DNA of 64,000 nt from Eledone cirrhosa (Eukaryota). The stretch covers positions 183,892,001 to 183,956,000 of the forward strand of contig OZ024740.1 in assembly GCA_964016885.1 (NCBI GenBank), written 5' to 3'. Position 1 is the stretch's first letter. Each line of letters starts with the position of its first letter. The notes beneath the pieces were generated by a model. It was not told the origin of the DNA, searched no databases, and was given only the letters and a program-made list of their open reading frames with translations. Both the position numbers and the translations under genes were made by a program. Shown in pieces: positions 54,361 through 64,000 of this stretch.

Positions 54361-55882
54361 TGTCTTGGAATGGATTGGAAGGAAACGGTGTGGTCATTAC
54401 CGGAAATATTTTTGTAATAGGTATACTCAATCAATTTGTCACTAAACAACAGCAACAAAATCAACAACCCTGACAGGAGACTGGACTTGATTAGATTTTT
54501 AACGTTTTCAGATGACTGGATAGAGAACAGAACAGTGGTGAACCCTTCCCCCTCAAAGAATGTAGGGCTCGTGACCCATCCTTCAACTCCTACAAAAATA
54601 TCACCCAGACTGCCGAAGTATGCTTTCAAAATTATCGCCCAGCTTCACCGCTCACTAGCCTCCCAAACCATGACCAATCTTTTTGGTGCGTTGCCCAAAA
54701 TAAATCATTTGTGGAATCCTACTTTCCCCTATTACTCATAGTATGAGGAGTCTGGCAGAAAGTGTATCATGGTAAAGGTTTTCACACCCGTTGCTTACTT
54801 TGTATTTAACTCTACATGGAAAACATAATAAATATACTCCACCTACCTTGAAAATATCCTTTCCATTTTCCACAACCAATGCGTCCCAGAAGTAGTTGCT
54901 ATACTCACCTAATTTCCTTCGCTCGAGATAAATCCTGATATTTGGAAACGCGCTAAAGTTTATCTTATTCTCAAGAAGAGAAACTCTTCGTTCCCTACTA
55001 ATTTTCACACTGGTATCACAAAGATGATGAGGACATTCTACAGCAACCTTCAATGCATTGAATCATTTTAACTATGTAGGAAATTGATGTGCATAGCAGA
55101 GTATAGTTTCGACTTTACCAGTGAAAAAATAGTTTCATTTAATCCTCCATCCCTCCTTTAAATGTTATGACCCTCTACTTATGCTTGGAATTATTATATA
55201 TTACAGAATTCTTATTATGGCTCTTTAGGGGAAACATGTTTAAGATTTGAAAGCCAAATACAAGTAGTCTTATCTCTTCAGCCACTACATTGATTTCTAA
55301 AAAAAATATATAGTTTCTAATTTTGTTTTTAATTCTGCATGTGTTCATACATATGAGACGGTAATTTTGATATCAAGTTATTTTATTCAACTCAGACTGA
55401 CATAAGGAAATGACAGATAAAAATGAAAAATTAAATTATGAAATTTAATAGACAACTTTCTGTTTTAGATTTTTTTTTTCATCTTTCTCCCTCTCTCAAA
55501 AATCTTCTAACTTTATTCAAGAATGATATCAATAGCTGAGAAAAGATACGATGAAACAAATCATTTAAACTTTTTTTGTCGAGATCAACAGAGTTCCTAG
55601 CCAAACCTACTGTTGGAATACATTGCTAGAATATGTAACTAATTGCAATACAATAATAAAGATTTCACTTTTTATCTTTTCATAAAACTCAGTTATATGA
55701 TAATTTTTTTATCGTCTAAAAATATAACTATCATTTTGACTCACCATTTAACCTTTTTATCTTTTTAAAATTATTATTATTATTTATTATTATTTATTTC
55801 TCTTATTAATTTTGTTAAGGAAGATATTGTCTAGAATATTTTAGAATATGTATAATATCAGATGTTTCTTCAACTAAGGAAA

Positions 55883-55950
<68 letters not shown>

Positions 55951-55962
55951 GCACAGGCACAA

Positions 55963-56013
<51 letters not shown>

Positions 56014-56754
56014 TATACGCATATATACATCCACACATATACACATACAGACATACACATTCATATATGTATATATATTTATATATAGAGAGAGATATGC
56101 ATACATGGAGATGTGTGATATATTTCTATATATACGTGCATGTATATGTATATATATATGATATATAGACATTCCTATATTCAAATGGTAATTTCTTGGT
56201 TACAAATTCTGGAATTGTTTTGTTGAGTTGTCTGTATATAATTAAATTTATCTCAATTTAAGCTTTATTTTTAGTAAGTTTGCTCAAAGATAGAACATAA
56301 TTCCATCTTTGTGTACGTAATCAGCATACTTTTAAGATAAATTATTTCCTGTCATTTTATTCTGTATTTCAAGACACTATTTTTGCGTGTTTTATTTTTG
56401 CATTTCTTTTTTTTTTTGTTTAAACATTTTTTTTTTTCATTCTTTTTTTTCTTTCCGTTTTTGCTCTGAGCAATTGGAACAGAAGCACAAATCTATTTAT
56501 CTGTCTTAGACTGAAAATAGGAACAATAAAACTGAGTGTGTATAGACATTTTGAAAGATATAGAGAAGAAGAAGAAGATTAGAGAGAAAACTGATAAATA
56601 GTAAAGTGTGCTTCCAACCATCCATCCGAATATTCATTCATCCATCTTTCTATCCATCCATCCAACCAGCCAGTCAACCAACAAACCAACCAACCATCCA
56701 GACATCCGTCCACCATTTATATATATGTATATTTTATTACATTTTCTTCTTTAG

Positions 56755-56781
56755 AATTCCACAGATAGAGCTGAAGAAAAG
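56755..56781 (+). other. Candidate 27 bp micro-exon
   Basis: TTTTCTTCTTTAG acceptor and AAG/GTATAT donor; frame-preserving length. Confidence 0.25.
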
Positions 56782-57444
56782 GTATATTCAATGCAGTAAT
56801 AAGATTACATTATGCTACTTACTTGAACCTTTCCTGTCTCAGAACAACCTGAGGTTTTAGACGTTCTACTTAACAATATATTTCTTTCTTTTCCATTTTC
56901 TTTTTACCTTTATGCAAGGTAAAATAGAGATACAAAAATGACTAAGAAGCAGAAACCTGCAGCATTGAAAGTAAATCACAGAAATAGGACATATATAGAT
57001 GTAAGAAAAAAAGAGAAAAAGCTAAAAAATGGTTGAAGCAACTATAGGTAGTAAGACGCATCGAACAAATGCAATGATATATAAGTATAGCTAAAATGAA
57101 GAGACACTTGAAAATAAAATCAAGCTACATATTGAAATAAATACGTAATATATTCTACGTCATTTTGAGTACGATCATGTTTCTCGCAGTCGGATATTCA
57201 TAGTATATACGCGAACCCTTTATCATCGGGTTTGATTGGTGGAGATAGTAATAAGATTCACAGAACAAATATGAAGAATTTTCTTATTAACATTTTTTAA
57301 AATTTACAAATATACTTGCCAACAAAATTACCAATACAATACATAAAAAAACTCATAACCTCACAAACATAAACACACACACGCACATATATATATATAT
57401 ATGACATGAAACAGTACTAGTCCTGTAGAAGCACCTTCTATAAA

Positions 57445-57486
<42 letters not shown>

Positions 57487-57492
57487 ACAAAT

Positions 57493-58180
57493 ATAAATGG
57501 AAAAAATGAAACGAAATTTCATTTCTCACTCTTAGTACGGCAGTTACTTAAATGTAAGTGTGTATGCATACGTACATGCATATATGTATACAAACGTACA
57601 GTAGTATGTATATATATATACATACATGTACACATATATATATGTACGTATCGGTTTACCGAAGATTTATTATAATAAATTATAATGTTTATTACTATGT
57701 ATATATATAAATACTACTGTACGTCTGTATACATGTATGTATGTATGTATACATACATACTTACATTTAAGTAACTGCCGTACTAAGAGTGAGAAATAAA
57801 ATTTCGTTTCATTTTTTACCATTTATCCTTTTCGGTGCGCCCGGCCGACTAGACTCACGCGATATGCAAATTAGGCTGCTCAGCCGTTAATATGCATAAG
57901 GAAAGTATATACTTTCAGACGTTCAATCATATGGCAGGAAGGTATACGATGCTGACGATAGCTAATAAGCTTGAAACTAGTACATTATTCTTTTGTCAGT
58001 GTTGAACAAATGTGCAACGATGGTTGCTAAAAACTCTACGGCTTAATTCGGGCTGTTTGTTTACCGAGCATTATAATAAATGTTCGGTAAACCGATACGT
58101 GTATATATATCTATATATCTGTGTGTGTGTGTCAATGTATGTATATATATACATACTACTCTACGTCTGTATACATATAT
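57493..58180. mobile_element. Non-coding hammerhead-bearing element in partial tandem (~440 bp period) with an inverted arm
   Basis: 57493-57676 is the inverse of 58070-58100 plus 57711-57826. TACTACT.TACGTCTGTATACAT recurs at ~57712 and ~58154. Confidence 0.7.
57948..57986 (+). ncRNA. Minimal type I hammerhead ribozyme (third family)
   Basis: GAUG-CUGACGA-u-AGCU(aaua)AGCU-u-GAAA-CUAG-UA-CAUU, with palindromic CUAG loop III. Confidence 0.7.
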
Positions 58181-58224
58181 GTATAATTATATATTTGCAT
58201 ATATATATATATATATACACACAG

Positions 58225-58256
<32 letters not shown>

Positions 58257-58283
58257 CCTGTATATATATATATATACACACAG

Positions 58284-58349
<66 letters not shown>

Positions 58350-58409
58350 TATATAAAAATATACTGTATATTTATATATATTGTGTATATATATATATAT
58401 ATATATACT

Positions 58410-58444
<35 letters not shown>

Positions 58445-58529
58445 AGCAAGACAACCACTCTTGCCTCAAGTGGGAAAACTCCCGTCCAAACCCATGCAAG
58501 CGTGGAACATGGACGTTAACCGATGATGA

Positions 58530-58603
<74 letters not shown>

Positions 58604-58652
58604 TATATATATATACAGTATAAATATTTATGTATATATATATGTATATGTG

Positions 58653-58714
<62 letters not shown>

Positions 58715-58716
58715 TA

Positions 58717-58782
<66 letters not shown>

Positions 58783-58788
58783 TATATT

Positions 58789-58838
<50 letters not shown>

Positions 58839-58915
58839 TATGTACATACATATATATATATATATATATGTATGTTTATATACACATATATATATGTGTG
58901 TGTGTGTGTGTGTGT
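58180..58915. repeat. Long interrupted (TA)n field
   Basis: Directly visible; ~90 bp of unique or repeat sequence at 58440-58530. Confidence 0.95.
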
Positions 58916-59179
58916 CTGTCTCTGCTTATTTATAACTCGATAAGCGAGCTACAAGTCGGCATAGCCCCACATCTCTCCATCTCTCTTAACTTTTGAAAAT
59001 GATAAAATATCTAAATAAACCTTCATAAAGACTTCAAATGCATTTTCAACGTCTTTTCCCTATATGTTTACCCGTGAGGGTTATATTTGAAACAAATTAC
59101 TTTCAAATATATATATATATGTCGGAGTCTCGAACATTTTCCTATATATGTATGTATGTATATATATATATATATATAT

Positions 59180-61027
59180 ATTTCGTTTCTGAATTTGTTT
59201 AGCAAGATTCTTTATCTGAAATCGTGTGTTGAAACCGATATTGTTATAGTTTGGGAGGGTCATGTTACCAATAAGAAACACACGCACCAGTAGCTTTCAC
59301 TTCAATTTATTATAATAAATTTATATTAAATTTATAATTATCTGGTTGGTTGGTTGGTTCCACAACCAGATAGTTGTTTATATATCGTTATAGTTCTTTC
59401 GTCACCTGGTCTTTCTACTATCTTAATATTGAGTTTATGTTTATTTAGGGCCCTTCTAAATTTGTAAGCTAATTCACCTCTAGGGGTTATATCGATGAAC
59501 ATTACACTCTGGTATTTATTGCTATCATACCATGAGTTTATTCTATTAGCCTTGTTCCTAGTTCTTTCTATTCTATTCCAAAATTTGCTTCTATACAAGG
59601 GGCAGGTCCCATTTATGTCATTATTTACCATTTTTTCCCATTTGGTTCTGGCTCCTCTATACACTCTGATTTTATCTCTCTGATTGTAGCCAGAGAACTG
59701 CATACGGTGGATGAAGTGTTGTATGTGTCTCTCTAGTTCTTCGGGGTTGCACATGCGGGACACGTTTCTCATCACCCGTACCAAATCCGCAATCAGTATG
59801 TTGATTTTGGTATGGTCCGAAACGGCGAGTTTCGGTGGTTCAGATGTTTGGAAGTCATGGGTTTGGCATAATAGGAATGGAGGTTTTGTTTTTTATTATT
59901 AATTGTTTCTACTTTAGGCACAAGGCCAGCAATTACCCAGTGCATTACTGGTACTTTATTTTACGACCCCGTAAGGATGAAAGGCAAAATAAACCTCGGC
60001 GGGTTTTGAACTCAGATCGTAAAGCGACGTAACTATGCTGCAAAGCCTGGCGTCCGACCCTCTACCGATACTGCCAATCTGCCGCCATGTTTTTTATTAT
60101 TAATGGTATCTAACCAGTGCTCTGTGTCTAGCACAGGTAATCGATGGTTGGAGTGTTTACTTGGGTAGTCTATAGTAACTCTAATGCTCTGGTGGATGGA
60201 GTTAGCTATTTGCTGGATGCTTTCCATTGTCTTTTTCTCTAGTTCCTGACTGTTCTCTAGTGGGGGTATCTTAACTACGATGTTTATATCATCAACGTAG
60301 TGGGAGTACATTATCAGGGTTAAGGGGTCTTCTAATTGTTCTTTAAGTTTAAGTCTACTGTCCCGCCATACCATGAATAAGTTAGCTATGTCGCCTGCAA
60401 TGCTAACACCAATGGCTGCTCCTTCCTCTTGGGCATAAGTTTTTCCATTAAATTTGAACATATGTTCCTTGAGGGTTAGTTTTATGGTGGCCCCTACCGC
60501 ATGTGCAATCATTTTCTTCAGTTCATCGTGGTTTTCGGGTGTCCGTATGGCTCTGGTCCACCCGTTCCATCTATCTGTGTGGGTTTTCTTGGCCATTGAG
60601 GTAATGGTAGGTGGTCTGCCTCTTGCTGGTCTTGTAGGGCACAGTTTGCTAAGGTCATATGTGTCTAGGTAGTTATTACTATAGGTAAGTTTAAGTAGGA
60701 GTCGCAGCTCACTGGTATCAATCCCACGGAACTCAACATTGCTCTCACTTATCATTTCTACGCATTTCTCCACAGCAAAATCCACGTCAATAGATTGATA
60801 CAGGGACACAACATCCATACTACCTATAATGCAGATTGTTAGGTCCCTAGATCGGTTACTCACGCCGATTTTGCTGAGGAGGTCCTCCGTGCTGTCACAT
60901 ACATCTGGGGACATTTCAATGATGGGGCGTATTATCAGGGAGAGGAAGTAGGACAGTGTGTAGTCACTAGCAATGTTAGCTCCACAGACTGGCCATGTTG
61001 GTGGTCCCGCGACAGGGTCACTGCCCG
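59180..61027 (-). mobile_element. Penelope-like element family 2, inverted arm (RT, internal deletion, SINE insertion, long 3' tail)
   Basis: ORF 60033-60914 has GSMDVVSLY, QEEGAAIG..AGDIANLFM and YVDD; ORF 59338-59784 is thumb-like. Coding sequence jumps into the pseudo-LTR at ~59405. Confidence 0.9.
59904..60087 (-). mobile_element. Full-length ~185 bp tRNA-derived SINE with 17 bp TSD
   Basis: TSD TGTTTTTTATTATTAAT at 59887-59903 and 60088-60104; empty site at ~61363-61382. A-box-like TGGCAGTATCGG, B-box-like GAGTTCAAAACC, Meta/MESC-like core GCCTTTCATCC..GGGGTCG..AAGTACCAG. Confidence 0.92.
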
Positions 61028-62690
61028 GCCCAAGAGGAAGGAGCAGCCATTGGTGTTAGCATTTCAGGCGACATAGCTAACTTATTCATGCTATGGTGGG
61101 ACAGTAGACTTAAACTTAAACTTAAAGGACAATTAGAAGACCCCTTAACTCTGATAATGTACTCCCACTACGTTGATGATATAAACATCGTAGTTAAGAC
61201 ACCCCCACTAGAGAACAGTCAGGAACTAGAGAAAAAGACAATGGAAAGCATCCAGCAAATAGCTAACTCCATCCACCAGCGCATTAGATTTACTATAGAC
61301 TACCCAAGTAAACACCCCAACCATCGATTACCTGTACTAGACACAGAGCTCTGGTTAGATACCATTAATAATAAAAAAACAAATCCTCCATTCCCATTAT
61401 GCCAAACCCATGACTTCCAAACATCTGATCCACCGAAACTCGGCCGTTTCGGACCATACCAAAATCAACATACTGATTGCAGATTTGGTACGGGTGATGA
61501 GAAACGTGGCCCGCATGTGCAACCCCGAAGAACTAGAGAGACACATACAACACTTCATCCACCGTATGCAGTTCTCTGGCTACAATCAGAGAGATAAAAT
61601 CAGAGTGTATAGAGGAGCCAGAACCAAATAGGAAAAAACGGTAAATAATGACATAAATGGGACCTGCCCCTTGTACAGGAGCAAATTTTGGAATAGAATA
61701 GAAAGAACTAGGAAGAAGGCTAATAGAATAAACTCATGGTATGATAGCAATAAATACCAGAGTGTAATGTTCATCGATACAACCCCTAGAGGTGAATTAG
61801 CTTACAAATTTAGAAGGGCCCTAAATAAACATAAACTCAATATTAAGATAGTAGAAAGACCAGGTACCTCCGTAAAAACACTCATTAGCAAAACATACCC
61901 TTTTCAAAGACCCTCATATATAGATAAGAAATGTATAACCTGTAAAATAAGCCCCCATATTAACTGTAAAACTAGAAATGTAGTGTATAGCATAAGATGT
62001 ACCGAAGGACAATGTAGAGACAAAAACATATTGTAGCATAGGTGAGACAGCACGTAGTGTAGGGGAACGGATAAATGAACACTGGCGAGACCTTCAAGAT
62101 AGTAAAGAATCATCTGTACTCTACCAACATGCTAAAATAGAACACAAGGGTAAATTAGAGAACATAGAAATAAAAATAGAATCTACACACAGAAAAGACG
62201 CAATGTTTAGACAAATTACAGAGGCAATAAACATAAAAGATTTACAACCAAAATTAAATAGAAAACATGAGTGGAACAGCAACATCACAACTTACAATTA
62301 AGGACAACATGAAAACACACACACACATAGAACAAACAACCAACCAGTAACATGTAAATAAACAAATAAATAAATGAACATAAACACACACAGACACCCG
62401 GATGTGGCGCATGCGCAGACTGAGCACACAACACAAACACAGAAACAAAATGGCGTAGGACAGAACAAAGGAGAGGCACAGAAACAAAGAAAGGAATCCC
62501 CAGTCACTGAAGAGGTCACAGAGTGTGTGACGAAAGAACTATGACAAAATATAAACAAATATCTGGTTGTGGAACCAACCAACCAGAAATTTATAAATTT
62601 ATTATAAATTTATTATAATAAATTGAAGTGAAAGCTACTGGTGCGTGTGTTTCTTATTGGCAACATGACCCTCCCAAAGTATAACAATAT
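61028..62690 (+). mobile_element. Penelope-like element family 2, 5'-truncated (RT C-half + GIY-YIG + pseudo-LTR), disrupted
   Basis: YVDDINI, LPVLD, CITC..NCKTRNVVYSIRC..C, then GETARSVGERINEH after a frameshift. Confidence 0.9.
62503..62545 (+). ncRNA. Minimal type I hammerhead ribozyme (PLE family 2)
   Basis: GUCA-CUGAAGA-G-GUCACA(gagug)UGUGAC-GAAA-GAAC-UA-UGAC. Confidence 0.75.
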
Positions 62691-62718
62691 ATATATATAT
62701 ATATACATATATATATAC

Positions 62719-62787
<69 letters not shown>

Positions 62788-62802
62788 CATATATATATAC
62801 AC

Positions 62803-62879
<77 letters not shown>

Positions 62880-62915
62880 TATATTTATATATATATATAT
62901 ATACATATATATATT

Positions 62916-62997
<82 letters not shown>

Positions 62998-63002
62998 TAT
63001 AT
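62690..63002. repeat. (TA)n microsatellite
   Basis: Directly visible. Confidence 0.98.
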
Positions 63003-63204
63003 ATAACGAAGGATATGTGGTAAGGAACCAGGTGGACCATAACGCACCAAAGTACTCAATACTTGAGGTAGTAGAGTGGGTAATAGGAACCAGTAGGACC
63101 CCGACAGCTGAGCTCAAGCCGTTTCGACGGCTAATTCTGGACTGTATACGTCCAGAATTAGCCGTCGAAACGGCTTGAGCTCAGCTGTCGGGATCTTACT
63201 GGTT

Positions 63205-63209
<5 letters not shown>
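63003..63209. mobile_element. Family-3 repeat as an asymmetric fold-back in (TA)n
   Basis: 63082-63142 pairs with 63150-63209 (ATAGGAACCAGTA..GACAGCTGAGCTCAAGCCGTTTCGACGGCTAATTCTGGAC and its inverse); the left arm extends to 63003. Confidence 0.85.
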
Positions 63210-63239
<30 letters not shown>

Positions 63240-63731
63240 CATATATATAAAAAGACGCCCAGAGACATATTATTGCATATTTGCCTTGCCTACACATAAA
63301 TACACACCATACATACACACATACTTAGAATATGATGGCTGCCCCTCGTTATTTAGTATGGTCATTGTACGATATAACAATATTAATAATTATCAATTAA
63401 TGCTACTGTGGCAATGCCTCTGCGTGAATATATTTTTCAAAGTGAGAAAAGACTGTGTACTGAGCCAATCCCATTATCTGACCGACAGAAGCTATAATCC
63501 GGAAAGTAGAAAGGATCAACATCATTGGTAACTACTGAGCCGCACCTTTTAAATCGGAGTTAACCCAGTTTCCTGAGTTGCCTTTTCCTAGAAGAATGCC
63601 CTGAAAAAGTGGTAGGTAGGGTTCCTTCACTCCGAGTGGTTTAACCACGCGATCGGGTATCCAGCCCGATTATTTCTATGCCCCCGCGCATATATATACA
63701 CATGCATACATGCATATACATATATATGTAA

Positions 63732-63864
<133 letters not shown>

Positions 63865-64000
63865 CTTACATACACATGTATATACTTACAACTAACGTAC
63901 AACATGACTGCAAACTCTGCTAAGATTATTGCAATCGCCTGTCAGATTACAGGCAATGGTGCACATTTACGCCTGTCACACCAACCTGTCACAGATCCTG

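Noticed and set aside
54222-55053. ORFs of 101-135 aa
   Set aside because: Only a faint RT-like word (GWVTSPTFF); probably a decayed LINE, not a gene.
60030-60087. A/B box sequence as a tRNA gene
   Set aside because: No cloverleaf; it is the head of a multi-copy SINE with TSDs.

Overview
AT-rich, microsatellite-dense animal genomic DNA. The repeat landscape looks molluscan or cephalopod, which is an inference from repeat content only. No intact host gene is visible; there are only a few weak candidate exons. Positions ~1.5-21.4 kb form a nest of non-LTR retrotransposons chained through (ATT)n tracts. It holds two near-full-length L1/Tx1-type elements plus two 3' stubs, all on +, three 5'-truncated R4/Dong-type elements, all on -, and one SINE. 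From 21.9 kb onward, several Penelope-like element (PLE) families sit in (TA)n tracts as fold-back (5'-to-5') insertions, the largest a 4.5 kb palindrome. They carry minimal type I hammerhead ribozymes: six recognisable copies from three families. Five fold-backs clearly show the same asymmetry and a sixth probably does. One arm keeps a 55-90 nt 3' tail, while the other stops at an internal AT-rich word that merges with (TA)n. Also present are a tRNA-derived SINE family with TSDs starting ATTA, a Helitron remnant, a Tc1/mariner remnant, several RTE-type LINE remnants and a candidate ~440 bp hammerhead-bearing non-coding tandem unit (retrozyme-like). Most listed ORFs (IYIY/THTH/CVCV) are microsatellite artefacts. 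All alignments and folds were read by eye; nothing was computed.
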